From Mobula hypostoma (Eukaryota): a DNA stretch of 64,000 nucleotides. Made by a program: the position numbers and the translations under genes. Under the pieces are notes generated by a model. That model did not search any database. It had not been told where the DNA came from and worked only from the letters and a program-made list of their open reading frames with translations. The stretch spans positions 55,306,001 to 55,370,000 of the forward strand of contig NC_086108.1 in NCBI RefSeq assembly GCF_963921235.1, read 5' to 3'. Below are positions 48,814 through 61,597 of the stretch, in pieces; within the stretch, counting starts at the first letter, position 1; each line of letters begins with the position of its first letter.

Positions 48814-49733
48814 GTCCCGAATAACTATTCTTGGGCTTCCAGCTGGGTACAGGTATTGAGTTTAAACGAAGTTTCGATGACAACCTCTGCCATCTTCATC
48901 AGGGCTGATGCCTGGGTATGTCTAATCTGGTGGTATTTATACCCCTGTAGTCCATCCCCTCACTTGGTTAGTCCTGATCCAATCAGGTTTCTGCTGTCCC
49001 ACCTTGTTTACAATCGAATTCCAGTTCTTGCTTGGAGTGAGACCTTCATTTTTGTGAAAATTCTTATCCTCTAGTTTTATTTCAATGGCTTCCTTCACCA
49101 GGTGGTCCCAAAAACCATTGGCGCAGCACATTAGTTTTTTTGCTGTTGAGGTCAATCCCATGACCATTGCGAATTCAATGTTTTGCTACCTCCAATTTCT
49201 CCGGGTAACCCAAAACGGATACACTTCCTGTGATCCTTGATGCAGGTTTCCACCGTCTGTCCCATCTGTCTGTTGATACACTGCTCCACATTCACAGGGA
49301 ATCCTGTAAATAGCAACATCCTGATTCCCAGGTCATCTTTGACCTACATAAGCTGTGATTTGAGTTTCCTTAAGGGTTTATGGGTGGTATTCATCCAGTA
49401 TTTCTTCAGAATCCTGGTGATCCTTCCAAAAACCATGGAAATGTCGGGGAAGACAAGCAGTATCAACAGGTTCTTCCTAATTGTTAAGTTTCCTGGTTTT
49501 TCCATCAGACCTTTTAAGAACCCATTTGATTTTCTTCACCTTGTTGTCATTCTGATTGGACAAGGACTAACCAATCAGGAGCAATGAACAACAGGGTATA
49601 AATACCACCAGACTAGATGTGTCCAGGCATCATTCCTGATGAAGATGCAGTTTGTCATCGAAATGTCGGTTGAAATCGATACCTGTACCCAGCTGGAAGC
49701 CCAAGAAGAGTATATGCTGTGAAAGCACTAGAT
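48814..49733 (-). mobile_element. Second Penelope-like family (Penelope/Poseidon type) with inverted terminal repeat
   Basis: ORF 48937..49167 (LVKEAIEIKLEDKNFHKNEG); inverted arms about 48825-48990 and 49550-49712; duplicated cctaatgtt at 48805-48813 and 49734-49742. Confidence 0.88.
49631..49672 (+). ncRNA. Hammerhead ribozyme motif, family 2 (partner copy at 48863-48907, -)
   Basis: CAUUC-CUGAUGA-A-GAUG..CAUC-GAA-AUGU-C-GGUUG; the minus copy has a 7-bp helix II GAUGGCA/UGUCAUC. Confidence 0.7.
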
Positions 49734-52104
49734 CCTAATGTTCCATTGTTTAAGAAGGGCTCTAACAATAAGCCAGGAAAGTAGTGGGTAAATTATTGGA
49801 AGGTATTCTCAGGGACTGGATATATAATATTGGATAGCCAGGGACTGATCAGGGATAGTCAATATTGTTCTGTGCATGGTAGGTCATGTCTAAGCAATCT
49901 TGGAGAGCTTTTGAGGTATGTTACCAGGAATGTTGTTGAAGGCGAAGTAGTGGATGTTGTCTACATGCTCTTGAGAAAGGCCTTTGACAAGGTGCCATAT
50001 GGGAAGTTGGTCAAGAAGGTTCATTCGCTTAGCGTTCAATATGAGATAGTAAATTGGATGAGACATTGGCTTCACGAGGGAAACCACAGGGTGGTAGTAG
50101 ATGATTGCCTCTCTGACTGGAGGTCTGTAACTAGTGGAATGCTGCAGGGGTGGGTGTTGTTGTAATCTATATCAGTGATCTGGATGATAATGTGGTAAAC
50201 TGGATCAGCAAATTTACAGATCACAACAAGCTTGGGGTGTATTGGACAGCAAGGAAGTTTATCAAAGTTTGCAGTGGGATCTGGACCAGCTGGAAAAATG
50301 GGCTGAAGAATGGGAGATAGCATTTAATACAGAGACAAACTAGGGGAGGACTTGCATGGTAAGTGGCAGGGCACCGAAGAATGTGGTAGAACAGAAGGAT
50401 CAATAATTCCTTGGAAGTGCCATCACAGGTAGATAGGGTTGTAAAGAAAGCTTAGTTGGGGTGTTATGTTGAAGTTGTATAAGATGTTGGTGAGGCTTAA
50501 TTTGGAGTGCTTTATACAGTTTTAGTCATCTACCCCCATGAAAGACATCAATAAGTTTGAAAGAGTGCAGAGAAAATTTACAAGAATGTTGCCAGGACTT
50601 GAGGATCTGAATTATAGGAAAAGATTGAATAGGTTGGGATTTTATTTCCTAAAGCCTAGGATAATGGGAGTTTTGATAAAGATATGCAAAATTATGAGAG
50701 GTATAGATTAAAAGCAAGCAAGCTTTTTCCACTGAGGTCTGGTGAGACTAGACATCATGGGTTAAGGTTGAAAAGGGAACATAAGGGGGAACTTCTTCAT
50801 TCAGGGTGATGAGAGTGTGGAATAAGCTGACAGTGGAAGTGGTAGATGCAGGTTTAATTTCAACATTTAAGAGAAGTTTGAATAAGTACATGGATGGCTG
50901 GGCTATGTACTGGTGCAGGTCAATGGGACCAAGCAGGTTAATGGCTTGGCATGGACTAGATGGGCCGAAGGGTGTTCTTCTGTGCAGTAGTGGTATGTGA
51001 CTTTGACTATGACAGTATAGTGTAGATCAATTATTGTTTGGGTGGCTACCATTGCAAGGATGATTTAATTTTCTTTTGTGGCCATGGAATCTTCTATGTC
51101 AGTGTCTTCATTAACATTTAAGTTTCAACTTGTAAATGTTCTAGATATTAAACATTAGTTTTTATTACCTGATTAGAATATACCCAGTAATGTAGTTAAC
51201 CATGCTAAATATTACCCCTTGCAAACCTTTGTTCAAAATTGTTAAATGTTTCTAAAATAGAGTATAGTAATTTCTAAAAGGAGATTTGGAAACAGGATGA
51301 GGAGTGGAGTGTTCAGTGCATTTGAGTGTTATGCCATTTAGCTCAATCAAGGCTGATCGCATACATTGCATTCCTGTTGTCTCTCTCTTTTGACGTCTTG
51401 TTTAGTTGATCCAATCCCTCCTTAAAATTAAGCTCTGTCACCTTGTATATTATTGATGTTTTTTAAATAAATTACTGAAGAGGGAATGTATTTGATATTA
51501 TATTTCATAGTGAAGCTAGGTTAAATGATTTCCATGTAAATAGATACCCTCAAACTTTAACTGAGTAATACATTAACTATTTACAACAGGCACTTGTTTT
51601 TGTTTCTATCATTTATCTGAGGTATGTTCAGGATATAATGGACTCTGAGGATGAAAAGGTATTAGCTGATGTTTGTCAGATGGTTCAAAGAGGGACTTTT
51701 TGTGTGTACATGAGAACTCCTCTTGTGTCTTTGAATGATTCCCTATAGGTGAAGTGCAAGGAGTCAAAGGCCAGAACCCTGATGAACTTGACAGACAATG
51801 GTGATTGTAGAACGAATATAACAGCTGTAAATTTAGTTGTGATCATTGATACCAGTTTGAAATACCTGATTGGTGCCTCATTAATGTGAAGTGTTGAATC
51901 CCATTTTGGGAAAATTTGTGTTTTGTGTTTCTATGGCAATAATTTCAAGTTGATGTGTTCAGCCATTAGAATAGTCTAGTGAAGATCCAGGTATGTTTTA
52001 ATTGTCTGTGTTCTCAAGTGTTTTACAAATACCAGTAGTTTGATAACATTCAAACTAGTATGAGTTTAGATTTTGAGTTAACTTTCTAAAGTAGAAATAA
52101 ATTG

Positions 52105-54290
52105 AGTCACTCCCAGATGAACTCAATGCATTTTATGCTCAGTTTGACCGTCACAACATGGAGGCACCTTCACGAGCTGCCACAGCTCCCAGTGACCCTG
52201 CTCAAAACTAATCAACGAGGTTCAAGGCCTTGCACTCAATGCCTCCTTGTGCAATTGGATCCTCTATTTCCTCACTTGTAGACCCCATTCAGTTCAGATT
52301 GGCAACATCTCCACAATCTCAATCAGCACAGGTGCACCACAATGCTCTGTACTTAGCCCCCTGCTCTATTCGCCTTACACTTATGACTGTCTGGCTAAGC
52401 ACAGCTGCAATGCATATTCAGATTTAGTGACAACACTACTGTCATAGTCTGAAACAGAGGTGGTGATGAGTCAGCATGTAGGAGGAAGTTTGAAAACCTG
52501 GCTGAGTGGTGCTATATCCACAACCTCTCCCTCAATGACAGCATGACCAAGGAGCTGATTATTGACTTCTATAGGAGGAAACCAAAGGTCCATGAGCCAG
52601 TCATTGGAGGATCAGAGGTGGAAAAGTCAGCAACGTTAATTCCTCTGAGTTATTATTTTGGAGGACCTCTCCTGAGCCCTAAGTGAAATTACAAAGGAAG
52701 CACAGCAAGCGCCTCAACTTCCTTAGAAACTTGTGAAGATTCAGCATGGCGTCAAAAACATTGACAGACTTCTATAGATGTGTACTGGAGAGTATTTTGT
52801 ATCATAGCCTGGTATGGATCTATCAACTCCCTTGAATGGAAAACCACACAAAAAGTGGTGGATACGACCCAGTGCCTCGTGAGTAAAGGCCCCCCCACCA
52901 TTAAGCACACCTGTACAAAGTGTTTTTGCAGAAAAGCAGCATCCGTCGTCGGGGACCCCCACCACTCAGGACATGCTTTCTTCTCAGTACTGCCATCAGA
53001 AGGTACAGAGGCCTCAAGGCTCACACCACCAGGTTCAGGAACAGTTATTACCTCTCAACCATCAGTCTGTTGAGCCATCATTGGAATGTTCCCAGAACCA
53101 ATGTACTCACTTTCAAGGCTCTTCATTTCATGTTCTCAATGTTTTTATTATTTCCTTTTTGTATTTGCAGAGTTTTTTGTCCATTGCACACTGGTTGAGC
53201 CCCACGTTGATGTGATCTTTCACTGATTCTGTTATGCTTATTATTCTATTATGTGTTTATTCAGTAAGCCGGTAAGAACATTAATCTGTAGTAATGGTGA
53301 CGCACATGTCCTTTGATGATAAATTCACTTTGTACTTTGACCCTGTGATTTCACTCTCTGAAGACTTTGTGTGAGCATCCTTCAGGAGCGCACACCCAAG
53401 AAAAGCTTCCAGCCCAGACAGGGTATCTGGATGAGTACTGGAGACCTGTGATGATTCAGTGATATCTTTAACCTCTTGTTTTGGCAGTCTGAGGTAACCG
53501 CGGGCTTCAATTATACCGATGCCTGAGAAGAACATCTTGATCTGCCTCAATGACCATCATCCAGAAGCACTTACAGTGCATCCACTGTGATGAAGTGCTT
53601 TTAGAGGAAGTGATGAAACTTACCAATTCCTGCCTCAGAATCAACTTGGATCTACTGCAATTTGCCTACCGTCACAACAGGTCAACACCAGATGCTATTT
53701 CATTGGCTCTTCACTCAACCCTGGAACCCTGGACAGGGAAGGTGCATACATCAGGATGCTCTTCATTGGCTACAGTGTGGTATTCAATACTATTATCACC
53801 TCAAAACTCCTAAATGGACATTGAAGCTTTGGATACTACCTCACTTATATAAAAAATATACAGTATTTCCATTTTTGCACATTAAAAAAAATCTATTCAA
53901 TGTACATAAAAAGTAAATCAATTATGTTTTATTTTTATTATTATTTCTCTCTCTGCAAGATTATGTTTTGCATTGAGCTGTTGCTGCTAAGTTAACAAAT
54001 TTCATGTCACACGCTGATGATAATAAACCTGATTCTGATTCTGAAGACCTAGGCCTCAATACCTCCTTGTTCAACTAGATCCTTGACTTTCTCACTTGCT
54101 GGCCCCAGTCAGCTTGGACTGGCAGCAACAACTCCTCCATGATCTCCATCAGCACAGGTGCGCCACAAGGCTGTGTGCCTAGCCCCCACTCTAATCATTG
54201 TATTCTTATGACTGTGAGGCTAGTCACAGTTCCAATGCCATATTTAAGTTTGCTGATGACACCATTGTCGTTAGCCAAATCAGTCTAGTT
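52105..54290 (+). mobile_element. Cluster of nested Rex1/Babar LINE fragments
   Basis: ORFs 52247..52447 ([25 protein letters not shown]), 52780..53073, 53550..53813 (LQFAYRHNRSTPDAISLALH); KFADDT at about 54245. Confidence 0.9.
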
Positions 54291-55259
54291 GGAGTCAAGT
54301 GGCATTTCAGCAGCTGTGTACAAATGAATCCTTTGACAGATGTAAAAGTTTAAGACCCAGCTTAAGAGAGAAATCAAGAGGGCCAAAAATGTAAACGCAT
54401 ACTCATTCTATTTATCACTGCAGAAGACAAAAACATTTTTAGCATCTGTGCACTTGAACTAACTTGAATTGACCACAGTTGTCACGGGCCAAGAAGTTTG
54501 TGAATCTTTTTGTGCCAGATGTGCAACTGATTCTTAGTCAGGTCTTCTTGGGCAGCCGGGCTTTTCTTTGAAATCCTGAATTACTGTTCATTTGACAAGT
54601 ATTTGTATGTCACCAAGACAGCTGAGGTATTTGTATTCAAGTAACCAAATACACATGGAATGAAAAGCTATTGTCAGTAATAGTGAGCACAAAACCTCTT
54701 GACTATCACTTAAATATCCATCCCATTCATTGCAAGTTCTCAAGGAAAAAAACTAACATTCTTGCCTGGTGTTTCCTCAGCAATATGATCCACTCTATAC
54801 TGCTGTTTGAAATAGTCATACAATTCATTTGAGGACAGTTAGGACTGGGCAATAAATGTTGTTTCCCCCCCCACACCTCCAATGACATCCACAATCTAGG
54901 AATAACATATATGAATTAATTTTCATTTTCATGTTAAGTGCAAAGTGATTAATTTTGGTCTAAAAGTGTAGAATTAAGGGACTGAATCAGGAGTTATAGG
55001 TCAGTAACTCTCCAAAAATGATGCAAGAAATTGAAAAAGTGTAGTGGCACATGAGATCCATCTTTCTCTGTTTTTATAGAGTTAGGGTACAAAAAAGGTA
55101 AACGTACTAAACTTCTGCTATGATACCACAGCTGGAATAGTTTCTGGACTTTGCATTTCTAGGAAAGTTGTAACACTCTGTTTGGATTGATAAGGATGAA
55201 AGTTGTTGTCAATTAAAACACCTGTGTCAGACTTTTATTTATTGACTACAAGCTCTGGA

Positions 55260-55510
55260 CCCTGGGTGTCTCAGCAACACTGCCCTGCAATTAGATCTTT
55301 GACTTCCGAACCAACAGACCTGTCAGTAAGAATAGGAAGCAACACTTCTGGCAAGATTACTCTAGATGTTGGTGTTACACGTATTTGCTTCCTCAGCCCT
55401 CTACTCCCTGTATATTCATGCCGGATTATGCTATAACTCCATCTACAAGTTTGCGGATGAAACACCACCATAGTGGGCCATATCTCAAATAATGATGAAT
55501 TAGAGTCAGA
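55260..55510 (+). mobile_element. Rex1/Babar RT fragment
   Basis: 'cagacctgtcagtaagaataggaagcaacac..ctacaagtttgcggatgaaacacc'. Confidence 0.65.
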
Positions 55511-55524
55511 GTCCAGAATCCCTG

Positions 55525-57035
55525 TTCCTTTCCAATCCCGATGAAGGGTCTCTGCCTGAAATTTTGACTGTTTATTCATTTCAATAGATGTTGCCTGACC
55601 TGCTGAGTTCCTCCAGCATTTTGTGTGTACGTGTGTTGCTTTGGATTTCCAGCATTTGCAGACTTTCTCGTGTTTATTCTTTCTAAGTTGTTGGCAGTTT
55701 TATTTTTGCTTTTCAGGTTCTAGTGACGGAATTTTGAAGATAGCTCATGTTATTCCTGGTGTCTTTATAATTGAACTTCATCCATTATAATATGTTACCT
55801 ACCACTACCAACCCCATCTCTATGATGAGCATAAAAGGTTTTCCAGATATTTTGGAAATCTTGAGCAGTGCAAACAAAATGCTGGATGATATCAGTAAGG
55901 CAAGCAGCATCTATGGAGAGGAATAAACAGCAAACATACAAAATGCTGGAGGAACCCAGCAGGACAGACAGCGCCTATGGAAAAGAGTACAGTCGATGTT
56001 TCGGGCCGTGATCCTTCAGCAGGACAGGAGAAAAAGAAGATGAGGAGTCAGAGTTAGAGGGTGGGGGGAGGGAAGAGATAACTACAAAGTAGTAGGTGAA
56101 ACTGGGAGGGAGGAAGTAAAGAGTTGGGAAGTTGATTGGTGAAAGAGATACAGGGCTGGAGAGGGGGGAATCTAATAGATGACAGAAGGCTACGGGAGAA
56201 AGAAAAGAGGGAGGAGCACCAGGGAGAGATGGTGGGCAGACAAGGAGATAAGGTAAAAGGGGGAAAAGGGGATGGAAATGATGGGGGGGGGGGGAGGATG
56301 TTCGAGAAATCAATGTTCATGCCATCCAGTTGGAGGCTAACCAGACAGAATATAAGGTGTTGCTCTCTCCAACCTGAGTGAGGCCTCATTGTGATAGTAG
56401 AGGAGGCCATAAACTGACTTGTTGGAATGGGAAGTGGAAATAAAGTAGGTGGCCACTGAGGAATCCAGCTTTTTCTGGTGGATGGCACGTAGGTAATTGG
56501 TGAAGCAGTTTCCCAGTCTACATTGGGTCTCACCAATACACAGAAGGCAGCACTGGATACAGTAGATGACTCCAACAGGACTCATGGGTGAAGTGTCAAC
56601 TCACCTGGAAGGACTATCTGGGGCCCTGAATGGTAGTGAGGGAGGAGGTGTAGGGGCAGGTGTGGCACTTGTTCTGCTTGCAAGGCTAAGTACCGAGAGG
56701 GAGATCAGTGGAGGGGGTGAATGGACAAGGGAGCTGCGTAGGGAGCGATCCCTGCGGAAAGCAGAAAGTGGTGGGGAGGGAAAGATCTGGTTGATGGTGG
56801 TATTCTGCTGGAGATGGCCAAAGTTTTAGAGAATTATGTGTTGGACCACAGTTGATGTCTTGGCCAGGACTAGAAAGGAAGGAGGTAGAAGTCGGAATAA
56901 AGTGGCGAGGAGAGAGAATGAGTACATGCTGGAAGGTGATAGGTTGGGGGGAAGGTGGGTGGGGAAGTAGAATGAAATAAGAAGCTGTAAGGAGATGGGT
57001 GGAAAAAGTAATGGGCTGAAGGTGAAGGAATATGA
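55525..57035 (-). mobile_element. Penelope-like (Neptune) GIY-YIG fragment and terminal repeats; a + strand terminal-repeat piece lies at 55525-55675
   Basis: ORFs 56337..56585 (GVIYCIQC..CIGETQCRLGNCF) and 56054..56575 (EQHLIFCLVSLQLDGMNIDF). Confidence 0.88.
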
Positions 57036-58135
57036 TAGTCATCTCTAAAATACCAGGATGAAAACCATTAACATCACTGATATTTTGGGCTTTTGCTTTT
57101 TTTACGTAACATACTTTCTCATTTTTTTTCCCCTTTCTTCATTCTCTTTATACCTTTGGTTCTCCTCAATTTCTGATGTGTTTATATAACTTCCATGAGG
57201 ATTGTTAAAGATGTTGGTTTAAGGAATGAGCTATTCTCTTGATCCAGTTGCTTTACTTGCCTGTATCTCTTGGGCGGGCCTATGTACTCTATAGTTTCGT
57301 CATTATCTCTTGCTTGCAGAAGCTCTCAGTATCCTTTTTCATACTTTTTATATTTCTTTGCTTTCTTATTCTATGTCAGAACTATTATCAACTTTATCAT
57401 CCTCTTTTGCTCTTCTAGTTCCTTAGCCTTATCGGGGATCTCAATCAGCTCTGTAAGCAGGCTGAGGAAGGCAGAAGGCATTCAATTTAGATGAGCGTGA
57501 GGTTTTTTGCATTTCAAGAAGCTGAAGCAGGGTAGGACGGTCACGGTGAATGGAAGGTCTCTGGAGGGTGTTGGACAGAACAAGTATTGAGTTTGCTCTT
57601 CTGAATCAATCAGACTGCTGTGTGTATTTAGATAAAGGATTTTTAATTGGAATTTTTGACCATGGGTTGTTGGTTTCAACTTATTGCACTGATCCCTGAT
57701 GTAAGCAGGGTCATAGTGAAAGGTGCCATGAATAAAATTGGAGATTAGAGCTTTTGTTAATCTATTTTTCAAGGCACAAACTGAAACAGCTGAAGGTCTG
57801 AACTCAAGTATTTACTAAAGGTTGCAAAGAATATGACCAAGGAGGACAGTATGTGCATTGTTATGAACCTTTGCAGTATATTTATTTTATATCGAAGAAT
57901 AAATAGACATGAGTATTTAAAACTAATTTTTAAGCATATGTACTTAATGTTTTTCAATTAATTTCATCACAGAAATCACAAATCACAGAACGTATCTTAA
58001 TTTTTTTTTGCTCCTTCAAATATTTTCTGGTAGTTTTTATCTTTCCTAAAGTTTCAAATTTAACTTGGAAATATTAAGCCTTAATATGATTGATAGTAAT
58101 TTTATTCTGATGTGTTTATTGTTGCTTTGTTACAG

Positions 58136-58261
58136 GGGATACATGAACTTGTAAGGAGCTGGCAATCTGCTTCTCTGAAATAGAAGTGCTGGAACTGTAG
58201 AATCCCAGTTATTTTCATAATGAAAAAAAGTAGAAGTGTCTTGGCAGTAAGTGCGGAAGAT
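58136..58261 (+). other. pde4b: Exon of cAMP phosphodiesterase 4B long isoform (84 nt 5' UTR plus first 14 codons)
   Basis: Acceptor ttgctttgttacag ending 58135; donor GAT|gtaagt at 58262; lies in TE-poor AT-rich sequence. Confidence 0.85.
58220..58261 (+). CDS. pde4b: PDE4B1-type N-terminus MKKSRSVLAVSAED (partial CDS, phase-0 intron follows)
   Basis: ATGAAAAAAAGTAGAAGTGTCTTGGCAGTAAGTGCGGAAGAT; compare recalled human PDE4B1 start MKKSRSVMTVMADD. Confidence 0.85.
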
Positions 58262-58769
58262 GTAAGTCAACAGTATGGGTTGAATACCCAATTTAACAGT
58301 ACAAGTTCAAGCTTTATTTACTAAAATGTTTTTCTAGATGTACTGTGTTAACTTTTTAAAAAAAAAATTCTTAGTTATTAGTGCTAAACTTAATGCTCAT
58401 ACTACTTCAGGATTATTGGATATCGCATAGATTTGGATGTGATCCTCAGTCCTGGAAAATTTCCTTCTCTCTTACTGGATTCTAATCCTCCCTTACTGAA
58501 AATGATTTAGAATCTCCTATTTTTTTTTTGCGGTCATTATTCAACACATTGAGTACATGAAATGTTAGTATATTAAGTAGATTCTTGTGCTTTCACACAT
58601 GGTTTGGAGTGGAGTGAAGTGTTCACCTGCCATAAGAATGTACACTTAAGCGGATTTCTAGAACTATGCACTTAATTGTACTTTAGCTTCTTTGCTAGGG
58701 AAGTTTGGTTAGGAGTGGTATTGATGAAAATGTACCCTCTCCTCTAACGCCACCAATTCTCTTTTCCCA

Positions 58770-60395
58770 CCCCCTCCCCATCCCTGCATCCAGCTCTAAT
58801 CCCTGCTGGCTTCTCCATCCCCCCTGACTTTCTCCTCTCTGAGATGGAAAGTTCTGTCCTCAGCAAGGGCCTTTGCCTGCACTTCAATGAGTTCCTCATC
58901 CACCATGATACTGAGCTCCTTGTCTGTTGCCCTAGCTCACTTCTTTGGCAAGAATTCCCCACCCTGCATTGATAATCTCTTTACCCATCTCAAAGTCTCC
59001 TCCTCTTCTGCTCTGGACTTCTTTTTATCTCTGTTGTTGATGAGATATCAACCAGCTTGACTTTAGCACTCCTCTCTTCTCAAAAATTAATCTCTCTGAA
59101 CACTTCCCTTCACCCTCTCCACACCAACCTTACCATCATTATCAAACCCGCAGACAAAGCGTGTGCTGTTGTAGTGTGATAGACTGACCTCTACCTTGCT
59201 AAGTGCAGGCAACAACTCTCAGACAGCTCCTCTTGTCCCTTGAAGAGGACCCTGGACCTCACTCAAGACCATCAGAAAATTGTCTCCAACTCCGTTGCCA
59301 AGCTCATAGCTGGAGACTGTCCATCCACGTCCACCAAGCTCATAGCTACCTTACCCAACACTGCTCGTTCCTACCTCCTACCGAAGATCCACAAATCAGA
59401 CTGTCTGGGTAGGGCCACCGTTTCTGCCTGCACCAGTCCCAAATGAACTTCTGTCCATATACTTTGATTCCATTTTATCTCCCTTGGTTCAGTCCCTTCC
59501 GACCTACATGCGTGACACTTCACATGCTCTCATTTCCTCAAAAACTTTGAATTCCTGGGCCCTAATTGACTCATTGTCACCATGGATGTCCAGCTCCAAT
59601 ACTCTTCTTTCTCCCCCATCAAGAAGGCCTTAAAGCTCCCTGCTTCTTTCTCGACAACAGACCCGACCAATTCCCTTCTACCACCACCACCCTCCAGCTG
59701 GTGGAACTGGTCTGCACCCTCAACAATTTTTCCTTTGGCTCCTCCACTTTCTCCAAACTTAAGGTCTAGCAATGGGCACTCACTTGACCCCCAGCTATGC
59801 CTGCTTTTTCATTGATCCAATGTAGATTGGGGGCAGTTTTGTTGAGCACCTTTGCTCCATCTGCAAAAAGTGGAATTTCTTGGTGCCCAATCATTTCAAA
59901 TCCTATCTCCTTTCCCTTTCTGGGGTGTTGGTCCATGTGCCATGATGAAGCAATTGGGGGTTGAAGGAGAAACACCTCATGTCTAGTCTCGGTAGCATTC
60001 GACCTGATGGCATGAACATTGATTTCTCCTTCCAGTAATTCCCACCCTCCCCTTTGCAGTTTTTCTGTTCTCTTGCTCTGGCCTCTCACCTCTTCTCCTC
60101 AACTGTCCATAACCTCCCTCTGGTGTCCTACCTCCTTTTTCTGACAAGATCCACTCTTCTCTCCTATCTGATTCCTTCTTCTCCAGCCCTTTAGCTTTTC
60201 CACTTATCACCTACCAGTTTCTTATTTAATCCCCCATTCACCTGGCTTCACTTGTCACTTTCTAGGTTGTCCTCCTTCCCCTCCCCCGACCACCTTATTC
60301 TAGCTCCTTTCCCCTTCCCTTGTCATCCTGATGAAGGGTCGACTATTCATTCGTTTTCATAAATGCTGAATTCTGCCAGCATTTTGTGTGTGTTG
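58770..60395 (+). mobile_element. Decayed Penelope-like (Neptune) element: RT, GIY-YIG remnant and terminal repeat
   Basis: LSEMESSVLSKGL, IIIKPADK..AVVV, ORF 59240..59446 (TARSYLLPKIHK), 59566..59769 (ELVCTLNNFSF). Confidence 0.9.
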
Positions 60396-60754
60396 ATGAA
60401 GAAATACTACTGAAGTTCCCCAAGCTGTCAAAGCTTCCTGCAATGCATCTCTTTGGGAATTTCCTGAACAGTCAAACGAGGAGTGAATTGGTTTTAATGT
60501 AGTTATTTTCTTGAAATTACAAAGTTGAGGAGATTTTATTTTACTTTCATTTGGGAGATTTAACATTCAACTACTTTTGCCACTCTTTGAAAAGTGAGAT
60601 GCTCAAACATTCTGTATGATGCAAATGATGGGTTATTTGTCACATAATTTATTTATATATTTCTGTGTACCTATTATATCTACCCTGTACGTTAGAACAG
60701 TTAAATGAAGTACATATTATTAGCTCCAAACCAATTTCTCGTAATAAAGTCTTA

Positions 60755-61550
60755 ATCAGGTTTATTATCACTGTCTTGTATGATGTGAACTTTGGTGTGT
60801 TGTGGCAGTACTACTAAGCTTTCTATATAAATTACAAAATAAACGAATAGTATAAAAAATCAGAAATGAGATTGTTTTTATGGACCATTCTGAAATCTGG
60901 TGATGGAAATGAAGAAACTGTTCCTAAACTGTCGAATATGAGTCTTGAGACTTTTGTATCCCTTCCCTGATGGTAGTAACAAGACGAGAGCATGACCTGA
61001 TGGTGAGGAACCTTAATGGTGGATACTATGTTTCTGAGACACCTCTTCTTGAAGCTGTCTTCCATGGTAATGAGAGTAGTGTCACTGTTTAAACTGGTTG
61101 TGTCTACAACTCTCTGCAGCCTTTTGTGATGCTCTGCATTAGAGTCTCCCCACCAGGCTGTAATGCGGCCTGTCAGAATGCTTTCCACCATACATTTATA
61201 GAAACTTGCAAGTGTCTTTGCTGACATACTAAATCTCAAACAACCAACAAAGTAGGACTGGTGTCATCCCTTCATGATTGCATCAATACGTTGACCCAGG
61301 ATAGACCTTCAGAGATGTTGACACCCAGAGACTTGAAGCTAAGAATGATACATCAGTTCTCATTGAGGGGTCATCCCTGGTCTTGTTATTGTCAAGTGTA
61401 AGGTGTCTGTTGAAACACCACGCAACCAGTCAATCCATCTCATTCTTGTATGCCTCCTTGATGGCATCTGAGCTTTTACTGACAACATGTGGTGTCATCT
61501 GTGAATTTATAGATAGCATTTGAGCTGTACTCAGCACATAGTCTTGAGTG
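60755..61550 (-). mobile_element. Rex1/Babar LINE 3' fragment
   Basis: ORF 60832..61239 (FYKCMVESILTGRITAWWG..RLQRVV). Confidence 0.88.
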
Positions 61551-61597
61551 CTATGATCAATTTTTTTCCCAATTACCTGGCGAAAAAATTCTATAAA

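Larger units (their letters stand above)
47925..51010 (+). mobile_element. Decayed CR1 similar to the 20041 copy, with internal deletion and a Penelope insertion
   Basis: Endonuclease region 48130-48680; ORF 49830..50165 (GLIRDSQ..KAFDKVP..WRSVTSG); 50806..51000 (RVWNKL..FKRSLNKYMD). Confidence 0.9.
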
